Below are positions 1-8,884 of a stretch of DNA of 38,747 nucleotides, piece by piece (positions within the stretch are counted from its first letter, which is position 1; every line of letters starts with the position of its first letter). Origin of the DNA: Acidimicrobiia bacterium (GTDB lineage Bacteria; Actinomycetota; Acidimicrobiia; Acidimicrobiales; Bin134). The notes under the pieces were generated by a model. The model was not told the origin of the DNA, searched no databases, and saw only the letters and a program-made list of their open reading frames with translations. The stretch lies in assembly GCA_022821105.1 (NCBI GenBank), contig JAJEEH010000135.1, positions 1-38,747 on the forward strand, in the 5' to 3' direction. The position numbers and the translations under genes are program-made.

Positions 1-27
1 TTCTGGTAGTCGGTGGACGTCAAGCCG

Positions 28-1149
28 CTAGTCCCGCAGGCTGCTCAACGGCACTACCCGGCACTGCGGCTGGGGAGTTTCGGCGGCTCGCACCCAGCGG
101 AACGACATGGTGCCGAGCGAGTGGCCTGCGGTTTCGATCCAATTGGGCAGGCCGGGATCCTCATGGGCCACGATCAGGCGAATCGACCCATCGGCTTCGT
201 AGTGGGCCAGATGGCTGTTGGTGTGGATCGTGAAGTGGCGATAGTCCAGCGATTCCATCCAGTAGTTGCTGAGCTGGAAGTTCCAGTATTCGCATTCCGG
301 GGGAGTGGCTTCGATCACCAGCGCCTCGTTCGGCCCCAGCGCCCAGTGGCTGTGGTAGTAGGTGATGTTGGGGTCGCCGCCGGCGTTCAGCGATACGTCT
401 GGGTCGAACTGGGGAAGCTCGTTGCTGTGCTTGGAGAAATCACGGGCCCACTTGGTGAACAGCAGCGGCGCGCCCATCACCAGTGCCCCCACGTTCTTCA
501 ACCCGTCGTCCAAGGCCTTGGGTGTGAGGTGCGAGGGCTGGCGCTCTTCGGGAGCGCAGTTGATGCGCTCGATGGCCAGCTCGGCGGGGGTCTCCGTATT
601 GCGGTCGGCAAAGGTCTGGCGCACCACCAGGGTGCCGGTCTCAGGCGTCATCGGCAGCCAGTTGCCCTCATGGGGGGTGCTGCTCAGGATCAGCTCGAAA
701 CACCCGTCGCCGTCCATCTCGATCTGGTCGGCTTCGATATGCCCTGTGGGCGGCAGGCCACCGCCTTGGCCGTAGTTGCCCGATTGGGTTCCGATGCTCA
801 GGTAGGCGATGTTGTTGCGCCGCCCGGTGATTTTGTAGTCGTAGCTCCCGTCCAACGCCGCGGTGTAGTAGTAGTTGTCGGGGTTGTCGGCGCCCAGCTT
901 GGTGGTCTCATTGGCCACCCGGTGCATCACCGGCGCCTTGGGGTCGGCATGCTCGATGAACGCCATCAGCCCGGCCCGGGCGAGCCGGCTCAGGTGCCGG
1001 TAGCCCTCCGCCTGGTTGAACGGATCGCGCGGCGCGCCGGGAAAGTTCATCGCCGCACCCGCCGCCTTCAATGAGTCGCAGAACTCCTCCCACGCCTTCC
1101 CGCTCACCACCCGCTGTTCGGCCACATCGTCGAGCGTCTTGCCCCGCAT
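28..1149 (-). CDS. DUF1214-domain protein (DUF1254/DUF1214 family, unknown function)
   Basis: ORF 28..1212(-). The translation carries family-like blocks (NPDNYYYTAALDG, EYWNFQLSNYWMESLDY, LPNWIETAGH..GTMSFRW). I prefer the ATG at 1149 (MRGKTLDD); the ATG at 1212 is the alternative. TAG stop at 28..30. The 353-aa plus-strand ORF opposite is a high-GC shadow. Confidence 0.6.
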   Translation of the reverse strand: MRGKTLDDVAEQRVVSGKAWEEFCDSLKAAGAAMNFPGAPRDPFNQAEGYRHLSRLARAGLMAFIEHADPKAPVMHRVANETTKLGADNPDNYYYTAALDGSYDYKITGRRNNIAYLSIGTQSGNYGQGGGLPPTGHIEADQIEMDGDGCFELILSSTPHEGNWLPMTPETGTLVVRQTFADRNTETPAELAIERINCAPEERQPSHLTPKALDDGLKNVGALVMGAPLLFTKWARDFSKHSNELPQFDPDVSLNAGGDPNITYYHSHWALGPNEALVIEATPPECEYWNFQLSNYWMESLDYRHFTIHTNSHLAHYEADGSIRLIVAHEDPGLPNWIETAGHSLGTMSFRWVRAAETPQPQCRVVPLSSLRD

Positions 1150-1292
1150 CTTTCGAATGAGAAGGGAGATCCGTCGAAAGGCACTCAGCAGTCGAATGGC
1201 AAGCCGTCGCATGGCGAATGTCTAGTGACGGCCTCGGCTCGGCGGCAACATGGGTCCGGCACACCGCGGTGTCGTTGAACCATGATGGTCCG

Positions 1293-2282
1293 GTGAGATT
1301 CGGCCTGCTCCTGACTTCGGTTCACGGCCGGTCGGTGCCCGCGCACCAGCAGATCGCCGAGCACCACGAGTTGATCTCCGTGGCCGTGGATCATGGGTTC
1401 GACTTAGTGGTGGCGGGCCAGCACTTCGCGGCCCCGACGCTGCGCTACCTCCAGCCCATCCCGTATTTGACCTCGGTGGCCATGCAATTCCCGTCGGTCA
1501 GCGTCGCCACCGGCATTCTGCTGCTGCCCCTGCACCATCCCCTGACCATCGCCGAGGAGATCGCCACCATGGACGCGGTGACCGGTGGGCGGGCGATCAT
1601 GGGGGTGGGAATCGGCTACAGCCAGGATGAGTTCGACGCCTTCGGCATCGACCGCACCACCCGAACTGAGCGGTTCGAGGAGGCGGTGGACATCATCCGA
1701 GCGCTGTGGACCGGCCAGCCAGTGACCCATAAGGGCCGGTTCTTCCGGCTCGACAACGTGGAGGTGTCCACGCTGCCGGTCCAGCAGCCGCATCCCCCGA
1801 TCTGGGTCGGGGCCCAGGTGGAGCCGTCGGTACGACGGGCTGCCCGGGTGGGTGATGCTTGGTATGCCGCGCCGTTCCCCACCCACCGAGAGCTCATCCA
1901 CCTCTACCAGGCCTATCTGGAAGAGGGAGCGGCTCACGGCAACCGGGCGCAGGCCGCCATCCCGGTGCGCCGGGAGGTCTACATAGCCGACAGCCCTGCT
2001 GAGGCCGAGGCAGCGGTGGCCGCGGGGGCGTCGTCGCGCTATGGCACCTATCGGTCATGGGGGCTCGACGTCGACGACGGCATCGGCAAGAGCGATTGGC
2101 TGGACAACCGTTTCGTGCTGGGCAGCCCATCCGAGGTGGCGGAGGGGCTCTCTCAGCTCATGGCTCAGGTGGAGCACTCCCACTTCGTCTACAAGCCGCA
2201 GTGGCCCGGATACGACCATGCTCACGCCCTCGCGCAGCTTGAGCGGTTCGGCTCCGAGGTGATCCCGCTATTGTCCGGCTGA
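1293..2282 (+). CDS. LLM-class (luciferase-like) flavin/F420-dependent oxidoreductase
   Basis: ORF 1218..2282(+). It has a typical LLM N-terminus (VRFGLLLTS...), the blocks HGFDLVVAGQHF and GGRAIMGVGIGYSQDEF, and PHPPIWVGA. The start is uncertain: GTG 1293 is chosen, with GTG 1269 and position 1218 as in-frame alternatives. TGA stop. Confidence 0.8.
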   Translation: MRFGLLLTSVHGRSVPAHQQIAEHHELISVAVDHGFDLVVAGQHFAAPTLRYLQPIPYLTSVAMQFPSVSVATGILLLPLHHPLTIAEEIATMDAVTGGRAIMGVGIGYSQDEFDAFGIDRTTRTERFEEAVDIIRALWTGQPVTHKGRFFRLDNVEVSTLPVQQPHPPIWVGAQVEPSVRRAARVGDAWYAAPFPTHRELIHLYQAYLEEGAAHGNRAQAAIPVRREVYIADSPAEAEAAVAAGASSRYGTYRSWGLDVDDGIGKSDWLDNRFVLGSPSEVAEGLSQLMAQVEHSHFVYKPQWPGYDHAHALAQLERFGSEVIPLLSG

Positions 2283-2315
2283 CATCGAAAGTCCCAATCA
2301 TCGAAAGCAGAGCCC

Positions 2316-3251
2316 ATGGGATCGGACAACACGCCCCACCGCGGCCCAAAGATCGGTCTCTGCTTGCCCTACGAGGGCTCGGCCACAGCCCAGGACATCG
2401 TGGATGTGGCGCAAGCGGCGGAGTCGGCCGGTTTGGACTCGGTGTGGGTGGGGGACCACATCGCCTTCCCGGTGGAGTTCGCCTCGCAGAACCCGACGAT
2501 GGCCGACGGGAAGTACCCCTATCCCACCGACAACCCCCGCCTTGAGGCTCTGACCACCTTGGCCTTCGTGGCCGGGGCGACGTCCACCATCAGGTTGGCG
2601 GTCAACGCCTGTGTGCTGCCCCAGCGCAATCCGGTGGTCGTGGGCAAGGCCGTGGCCACGCTTGACTACCTGTCGGGGGGGAGGGTGATCTTCGGGGTGA
2701 CCCTCGGATGGCTCCGCGAGGAGTTCGACGCCCTCGGTGCCGACTTCGGCCGCCGTCGGCAGTTGCTGGAGGACGGCATCGAGATCCTGCGTGCCCTGTG
2801 GGAGCAGGACCAGCCTTCCTATGAGGGGGAGACCCATTCGTTCTTGCCCCTGAATATGAAGCCCAAGCCGGTGCAGTCGCCGGTGCCCATCTTCGTGGGC
2901 GGCCACTCCCGGCCGGCGCTCCGCCGGGCCGCCGCAGCAGGGGACGGTTGGCTGGCGGCGCGATTGACCCCTGAGGAATTGCGGGAGCACGTGGCCTTCT
3001 TGAAGGAGGAGCGAAAGCGGTCGCCGCGGGCCGATCAGCCCTTCACCGTGGCCACCAACTGCCCGGCCGCGGTGGGAAGCGGTCCGGCCGGAGTGCTCGA
3101 TCTAACCGATGGCGACGCCACCCGGAGCATGCTGGCGGCGCTGGGGGAGGCGGGGGCCGATGTGGTCAACATGGTGGTGGTCTCCTATGACCCTGCCGAG
3201 ACCCGGGAGGCGGCCCTCGCCCTGGGCCAGCACTGCCATACAGATCGGTAG
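2316..3251 (+). CDS. LLM-class F420/flavin-dependent oxidoreductase
   Basis: ORF 2316..3251(+). Blocks seen: KIGLCLPYEG, AGLDSVWVGDHIAFP, GGRVIFGVTLGWLREEFDALG, PVPIFVGGHS. ATG start, TAG stop at 3249..3251. Confidence 0.8.
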   Translation: MGSDNTPHRGPKIGLCLPYEGSATAQDIVDVAQAAESAGLDSVWVGDHIAFPVEFASQNPTMADGKYPYPTDNPRLEALTTLAFVAGATSTIRLAVNACVLPQRNPVVVGKAVATLDYLSGGRVIFGVTLGWLREEFDALGADFGRRRQLLEDGIEILRALWEQDQPSYEGETHSFLPLNMKPKPVQSPVPIFVGGHSRPALRRAAAAGDGWLAARLTPEELREHVAFLKEERKRSPRADQPFTVATNCPAAVGSGPAGVLDLTDGDATRSMLAALGEAGADVVNMVVVSYDPAETREAALALGQHCHTDR

Positions 3252-3273
3252 GAATTCAGGCCAATAGGGGCGC

Positions 3274-4473
3274 TCAGGCCGTGCCCGCCACCCCGGCTTT
3301 GATCATGGCGGCGATTTCCTCGGGGCTGTAGCCGGCCTCGGCCAGGATCTCCTCGCTGTGCTGGCCCAGCACCGGGGGAGGCCCGGCAATCCCGCCAGGG
3401 GTGTCGTGCAGCCCGATCACCGGACCCAACTGGGGGATCTCGCCCAAAGTGGCGTGCTCCACCGATTGCACCAATCCGGCCTGCTTCACCTGGGGGTGGT
3501 TGAGGATCTGCGAGAAGGTGTGGACCGGCCCGAACAGCGCCCGGTGCTGGTTGAACGACTCCTCCCACTACGCGCTGGTCCGGGTGATGAAGATGCCTTG
3601 CAGAAATTCGGTGAGCTCGGCTCGGGCGTCCACCCGCTGCTGGTTGGTCAGATAGCGCTCGTCGGCAGCCAACTCCGGCTTGCCGATGGCCCGGCAGAAC
3701 CGCTCCCACCCGTCGGCGCCGCCCCACACACCGGTCACCACGTGGCCGTCGGCGGTCTGGAACGCCTCATAGGGCACCACCACGCTGTGGGCGCTGCCAT
3801 GGCGCCCGGGATCCTCGCCGTCCACCCAGTGCGAGGCCAGCCGGGTGGTGAGCGACGACATCAGGGCGAAGAGCATCGAGACATCGATGAGCTGGCCCTT
3901 GCCGGTTTGCTGTCGGGCGAACAGGCCGAGCATGGCGGCCTGGGCGGTGACCAAGGCGCCGGTGAAATCGGCCATTGGGACCCCCACCAGGTTGGGCCCC
4001 CGATCAGGCTCTCCCGTCACCGACATGACCCCCGAGACCGCTTGGACCACCGGGTCGGTTCCCGGATAGGGGGCCAGCGGGCCGTCCGGTCCGAAGGCGG
4101 TGAGGGAGATGTACACAATCTGATCGTTGATAGCCGACAGAGCGTCGTAGCCGATGCCGATCTCGTCGGCCACGCCGGGCCGGTAGCTGGTGACCACCAC
4201 GTCGACGGTGGCGGCCAGGCGATGAACCGCCTCGAGCCCCTCTGGTTTGCGCATGTCCAGAGCGAGGCTGCGCTTGCCCCGATTCCAGATTAGGAACAGC
4301 GCGCTCTCGCCGTCGATGAACGCAGTGCCCACGCCGCGGGCGCCGTCACCATGGGGGAGGCTCTCCACCTTGATGACATCGGCCCCATAGTCGCCCAGAA
4401 TCATGGTGCCGTAGGGGCCGGCCATGTGGCGGGTGAAGTCGAGCACCCGGATTCCGTCGAGGGGCTTGGTCAT
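3274..4473 (-). pseudogene. Family III (CaiB/BaiF/Frc-type) CoA-transferase interrupted by one in-frame TAG (3568..3570)
   Basis: The true start is ATG 4473 (MTKPLDGIRVLDFTRHMAGPYG...), which overlaps the upstream gene's TGA as ATGA. ORF 3568..5205 and ORF 3274..3489 are in the same frame. Reading through the TAG gives ...FITRTSA*WEESFNQHRALFGPVHTFSQILNHPQVKQAGLVQSVEH..., a continuous family-III C-terminal domain. A catalytic-Asp-like motif is present (VPMADFTGA). Confidence 0.8.
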
Positions 4474-5657
4474 GCCCGGCCTCCCGACAGGTCTTCTCCA
4501 ATCAGCTTGTCCAACCCGATTTCGGCGAGGATATCGGCGGTGTCTGCGCCCAGGTCGGGGGGCGGCGGCAGGTCGGACAGGTCGGGTTGGGCGGCTTCGT
4601 CGGGGCTCGAGGAGAGCTGCACCGGTGAGGCGGCCATTTGAACTCGGCCTCCGGGAAGCTCGGTGCCCCGGAGCACCCGGTTGACGGCGGCGTGGTCGCT
4701 GCTGACCGCCTCGTCGAGGGTGAGTATGGGGGCGAAGGGGATCTCGGCTTCGTCGAGAAGGCGGTTCCAGTCGTCGAAGGTGCGCTGGCTGATGGCCTCG
4801 GCGATCAGCGGGAACTCGTCGTCGTATCCGAAGTCCATGCTGTGGGTCCACTCTCCCCGCGCCCTGAGTTGTTGCAGCTCGGCGAGGTCGCAGAACCGCT
4901 CCCAGGCCACCCTCTCCAGCGGGCAGATGAGCAGGGCGCGGTGGTCGGAGGTGGCGTACATGGCATAGCGCGACCCCAGCGAGCGGTACTCGTGCCAGGG
5001 CTCGTCGTTGTTCACCCAGGTGTTCACGTCTCGCCAGTTCCACCACAGTGCGGTGTTCCAGATGGAGGTGTGCACGAATTGGGGTCCGCCGCCCCGGTCT
5101 CGCTTGACGATGGCGGCCAGCACCCCCATGGCGCCGAAAACCCCGGCCAGCAGCACTCCGGCCGAGCGCCACCCGACCCTGGTTTGGGGCTGGCCCTCGT
5201 TCCACTCCACCTCAACCCGGCCGGCCAGCGCGTCCATGTTCTGGCCGTGGGCCTTGTACTCCGCCCACGGTCCGGCCAGCCCGTAGCCCGAGATCACGCA
5301 ATACACGAGCTGCGGGTTGGCCTCGAGGAGGGTGTGGAAGTCGAGTCCCCGGCGAACGGCGTCCTTGGGGCGGGCGCCGACGATCACCGCGTCGGCCCAG
5401 GCAGTGACCCCGGCCACCACGTCGGCCCAGTGGGGCGAGTTGGTGCTGATTGCGATGCTGCGGGTGCCGGGGTTGAGGGCGAGGTGCAGATCGCTGACCC
5501 CGGCGATCTTGGGGTCGTTGCCCCGGTTGCCGTCGCCCTGAACCGGGTGTTCGACCTTGATGACATCGGCGCCCATCTCCACCAGCAGGTGCGAGGCCAG
5601 GGGCCCCGACAAGTGGGTGGAGAAGTCGACGATGCGCAGCGGCGCGGGCCGGGTCAT
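4470..5657 (-). CDS. Family III CoA-transferase paralogue
   Basis: ORF 4470..5657(-). N-terminus LRIVDFSTHLSGPLASHLLVEMGADVIKVEHP, followed by GYGLAGPW and the remaining family-III fold blocks. Its TGA overlaps the ATG of the downstream CoA-transferase. Confidence 0.85.
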   Translation of the reverse strand: MTRPAPLRIVDFSTHLSGPLASHLLVEMGADVIKVEHPVQGDGNRGNDPKIAGVSDLHLALNPGTRSIAISTNSPHWADVVAGVTAWADAVIVGARPKDAVRRGLDFHTLLEANPQLVYCVISGYGLAGPWAEYKAHGQNMDALAGRVEVEWNEGQPQTRVGWRSAGVLLAGVFGAMGVLAAIVKRDRGGGPQFVHTSIWNTALWWNWRDVNTWVNNDEPWHEYRSLGSRYAMYATSDHRALLICPLERVAWERFCDLAELQQLRARGEWTHSMDFGYDDEFPLIAEAISQRTFDDWNRLLDEAEIPFAPILTLDEAVSSDHAAVNRVLRGTELPGGRVQMAASPVQLSSSPDEAAQPDLSDLPPPPDLGADTADILAEIGLDKLIGEDLSGGRA

Positions 5658-5664
5658 CGTCAGG

Positions 5665-6471
5665 TCATCCGAGGATGGCCAGGATTTGGCGGGATTGGCA
5701 CAACAGGGTGCCGTCAGGGGCCCAGATGTCGAGGTCCCAATCCAGGTAGCCGCCGCGGACCAACCCGGTGCGCGACCGCAGAAGCACCATGTCGTCGGCC
5801 TTTGCCTGGGACAGATCGGCCCGGAAATAGGTGGTGTGGTCCAGGGTGGCGGTGGTGTACATGCGGTCGAGGCGCACCCACCAGCCCATCATCCCGATAT
5901 CGCCGATCATCAGCAGACCGGGGGCGTCGATGGGGCGGGCCTGGGCGAAGCCGGCCCATCCCACCCGCTCCATGGGGCCATTGGGCGCGGTGAATGGTCT
6001 CGGCCCGAGGCGGTCTTGCATGACCACGTTGTCGCCGTACGGATAGGCGAACTCGGGAACGTAGCCGTCGGTCTCCCGACCCGGGGTGGGCGGTGCCACC
6101 TCGGGCATGGGCAACTCGTCGAACTCGGGGCTGGGCCGGTCGGTGGCGAAGCTGGCCAACGCGGTGGCGATCAGCTTGTCGCCCTGCACCACCCGGGCCG
6201 ACGTGCTGATGAGCGTGCGGCCCGTGCGGAGCACATCCGTCTGCACCTCGTAGTCGCCTTCCCCCGGCGCTCGCAGCAGATGGGCGGTGAACGACAGCGG
6301 CCGGTACTGGGGGTCGGTGACCGTGGCCGCCAGTCCGGCCATCAACTGCGCTTCCACCAGCCCGGCGGGAACGCGGCCCGAGGCCATCCACGACGGGGGA
6401 GTGGAGGTGAGGAAGCGCCCGTCGCCCAACGGCGTGTGGGCGATGGCCTCGTCGAATGATGCTGCGGTCAC
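5665..6471 (-). CDS. TesB-like acyl-CoA thioesterase (double hot-dog family)
   Basis: C-terminal 268 codons of ORF 5665..6630(-). The GTG start at 6471 overlaps the TGA of the upstream LLM gene (GTGA). Blocks such as TATLDHTTYF resemble the TesB SLDHS.WFH region. The part of the ORF upstream of 6471 is Arg/Gly-rich and overlaps the LLM gene. Confidence 0.65.
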   Translation of the reverse strand: MTAASFDEAIAHTPLGDGRFLTSTPPSWMASGRVPAGLVEAQLMAGLAATVTDPQYRPLSFTAHLLRAPGEGDYEVQTDVLRTGRTLISTSARVVQGDKLIATALASFATDRPSPEFDELPMPEVAPPTPGRETDGYVPEFAYPYGDNVVMQDRLGPRPFTAPNGPMERVGWAGFAQARPIDAPGLLMIGDIGMMGWWVRLDRMYTTATLDHTTYFRADLSQAKADDMVLLRSRTGLVRGGYLDWDLDIWAPDGTLLCQSRQILAILG

Positions 6472-7547
6472 ATGGCCTCCAGTGCCTCGGCCACCTCGTC
6501 GGCCACGGGGGTCAGTGAGGCGGGGATGTCCTCTACGGGCATGGGCGGGACTTCGGCCAGCGCCGGAATGACCTCTCGTCCCATGGTGTCGAGGTAGTCG
6601 ATCACCTCGTCGATGTGCATCTCGGGCCACTGGGGCTTAACCACGAACGGGTCTATTGGCAGCTCACGGGCCACCTCGGTGAAGTGGTCGATCACCTCTT
6701 GGGCCGTGCCCACCGCCACCGAGTGCCTCACCTCCTCGAAGAAGTTGCCCATGAGCGCTTCCTCGTCCAGTATGTCGAGCTCCTTTCGGGCATACGCCAG
6801 GTAGCGCTCCTTGCTGACATCCACGAATCTGGCTCGTGCTTCCTCGTTGGTGGCGCCCACGAAGGCGTTTCGGCGCAGGGGCTGATGGCCCATCGGTTTG
6901 CCCCGCTCGGCGAATCCGGCGGCCATGATGCCCAAACGGACCCGCATCTCATGGATGTCGTACTCCGGCGGGATGATGAACCGGTCGCCCACTCGGCCCG
7001 CCCGCCGAGCGCCCTTGCGGGAGTGCGCGCCCATCCAAATAGGGGGATGGGGTTGCTGCACGCATCGGATATGGGGCGTGGCACCTTGAATCTGCCAATG
7101 CTGGCCGTGGTAGTCGAAGTCCTCCATGGCCCAGCACAGCTTCATGATGTCGAGGCACTCGTCGAACAGGCTCACCCGCTTGCTGATCGGGACATTCATC
7201 AAGTCGAACTCTTCGCTCCGGTATCCGAGCCCGAGGCCGACGTCGAGGCGGCCCCGGGTGACGATGTCGAGGGTGGCGAGCTCCTCGGCCAGGATCACCG
7301 GGTGGTACTTGGGGGCCAGCAGCACGGTGGTGGCCAGCCGCACGTGGTCGTCGATCTCGGCGGCCAGGCGGGCGAGGAGGGGAACCGGCTGGAGCCACCG
7401 CAGGTCGCCGTACAAGAAGTGCTGGCCGATGACGAAATGGCTGAGGCCGTTGCGCTGTCCAGCCTCCACTTGGCGCAGGATGCCGTCGAACTGCTCGAGG
7501 GGGTCCACCTCACGCGGCACGTCGCTGATGATCATGCCGAACTGCAT
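6468..7547 (-). CDS. LLM-class flavin/F420-dependent oxidoreductase
   Basis: Only the last 359 codons of the 756-aa ORF 6468..8738(-) look real: MQFGMIISDVP..., HFVIGQHF, GRLDVGLGLGYRSEEF, PHPPIWMGAHS. ATG at 7547 lies 8 nt after the amidohydrolase stop. Confidence 0.85.
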   Translation of the reverse strand: MQFGMIISDVPREVDPLEQFDGILRQVEAGQRNGLSHFVIGQHFLYGDLRWLQPVPLLARLAAEIDDHVRLATTVLLAPKYHPVILAEELATLDIVTRGRLDVGLGLGYRSEEFDLMNVPISKRVSLFDECLDIMKLCWAMEDFDYHGQHWQIQGATPHIRCVQQPHPPIWMGAHSRKGARRAGRVGDRFIIPPEYDIHEMRVRLGIMAAGFAERGKPMGHQPLRRNAFVGATNEEARARFVDVSKERYLAYARKELDILDEEALMGNFFEEVRHSVAVGTAQEVIDHFTEVARELPIDPFVVKPQWPEMHIDEVIDYLDTMGREVIPALAEVPPMPVEDIPASLTPVADEVAEALEAM

Positions 7548-7555
7548 GGGAACCC

Positions 7556-8812
7556 CTAGACGTCTATGCCGTAGAGCTCGGCGGCGTTGTCCTGGAGCAC
7601 TCGACGGCGGACATGGGGATCGACGTCGGCCAGCACCCGGGCGAAGTGCTCCCGGGCGCCCGGGAACAGGCACGTCGGATGGGGGACATCGGTCTCTACC
7701 AGCACATTGTTGACCCCGACGTCTTCGATGAGCTTGGCCGGGGCCGACCGCTCGAACCAGAACATGACCCAGATGTGGTCGTTGAAATACTCCCGGGGGC
7801 GACGGGAGTTGAGGGCCAGCTCGTGGGCTTCGGTGACCATCTCGTCGTACTGGTACTCGAGGGCTTCGAGGATGAAAGGGACCCAGCCGATGCCGCTCTC
7901 GGCCGAGACGACTCTGAGGTTGGGGTAGCGGTCGAACAGGTCGCTCATGCACAGGTTGACGATGATGCGCACGTTGCTCATGTACATCTGGGTGGCGTGG
8001 ATGGCGAGGCGACGCTGGTGGTCGAACTGCCCCCACCAGGTGTTGGGGGCCACGGGAATGGGCCGGGGCAGGTCGTCGGATCCGGCTTCGCCGCCCACCC
8101 GGGCCTGCTGGAAGCGGGCGCCTCGGATGCTCTCCATCTCGGCCCGGCTCATGCCGGCGCCGATGTGGAAGTTGGCCACCGCTCCCGACTGGTTGAACAG
8201 GTCCCACATGGGGTCGAAGTAGGGCTCCCACAGCTCGGGGAGGCCCACCATCTCGGGCTTGTCGGAGAGGGTGAACCCGGTGACGCCCTTGTCCAGCAGC
8301 CGGGTCATCTCCGCCACGGTGAACTCCATGTCCCAGATCGGGAGCATGGCTTGCGGGAACAGCCAGCCGTTGGACTCGTGCTGCACGTCGACGAAGAAGT
8401 CGTTGTAGATCTCCAGAACCATCCGCCGCTGGGCCAGGTCCTCGATGGCGAAGACGTGGTTGGAGGAGAATCCGACGCCGTTGGGGTACAGGATCTGGGC
8501 GTGGACCCCGATCTCGTCGCAGAGTTCGAGCCGCTCCTTCACGGCCCAGGCGCTGGTGTCGATGACGTCGAAGGGCTGGACCACGTGGCTGCCCAGGATC
8601 TTCTCGTGCCCGGTTTGGATGGTGTTCCCGCCGGTGCTGGCCCACACCTGGCCGTCGAGATACCACGCGGTGATGCCGTCGACCGTCTTCTGCACCGGCA
8701 CTCGGTTGTGCATGGCGGCGGGGGCCCGGGCCGTCCACAGCTCCGGCGGCTCGGTGAAATGGGAATCGCAGTCGATAATCTTCAGGCCGTCTAGCGGGTC
8801 ATGTGCGTTCAT
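7556..8812 (-). CDS. Amidohydrolase_2 (ACMSD/LigW-type metal-dependent hydrolase/decarboxylase) family protein
   Basis: ORF 7556..8812(-), 418 aa. N-terminal metal motif IIDCDSHFTEP, a TIM-barrel-like body, C-terminal VETDVPHP. TAG stop at 7556..7558. Confidence 0.8.
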   Translation of the reverse strand: MNAHDPLDGLKIIDCDSHFTEPPELWTARAPAAMHNRVPVQKTVDGITAWYLDGQVWASTGGNTIQTGHEKILGSHVVQPFDVIDTSAWAVKERLELCDEIGVHAQILYPNGVGFSSNHVFAIEDLAQRRMVLEIYNDFFVDVQHESNGWLFPQAMLPIWDMEFTVAEMTRLLDKGVTGFTLSDKPEMVGLPELWEPYFDPMWDLFNQSGAVANFHIGAGMSRAEMESIRGARFQQARVGGEAGSDDLPRPIPVAPNTWWGQFDHQRRLAIHATQMYMSNVRIIVNLCMSDLFDRYPNLRVVSAESGIGWVPFILEALEYQYDEMVTEAHELALNSRRPREYFNDHIWVMFWFERSAPAKLIEDVGVNNVLVETDVPHPTCLFPGAREHFARVLADVDPHVRRRVLQDNAAELYGIDV

Positions 8813-8884
8813 GGCGTTCTTTCCTTGCTGCGACGGCTAAATCGATCATCGTAAATGGAAGAGTTCTTGCTCACGGGGGTTTCA

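Noticed and set aside
13-1074. A 353-aa plus-strand ORF, together with many other long ORFs antisense to or out of frame with the called genes. Examples: 3358..4293, 4638..5993, 7613..8794, 10221..11171, 13671..15701, 16638..17705, 22573..24069, 30055..31077, 30660..31805, 34443..35534.
   Set aside because: Their translations are Arg/Gly/Pro/His-rich low-complexity strings typical of shadow frames in high-GC DNA. Each fully overlaps a gene with clear family motifs on the other strand or frame.
3568-5205. A 545-aa ORF implying a long N-terminal extension on the CoA-transferase. The extended ORFs 9591..11975, 11687..13300, 5665..6630 and 17609..18823 raise the same issue.
   Set aside because: The extensions overlap the preceding gene and are compositionally junk. 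Internal ATG or GTG starts placed at or overlapping the upstream stop codon give family-typical N-termini.
6468-8738. A 756-aa ORF that looks like a giant protein.
   Set aside because: Only the last 359 codons (from ATG 7547) have LLM motifs. The upstream part is Arg/Pro-rich and overlaps the amidohydrolase gene in another frame.
8813-8884. The comparatively AT-rich divergent intergenic region (contains ATCGAT) as a defined operator.
   Set aside because: It contains only a 6-bp restriction-site-type palindrome and no repeated or extended symmetry. It probably just holds the two divergent promoters.
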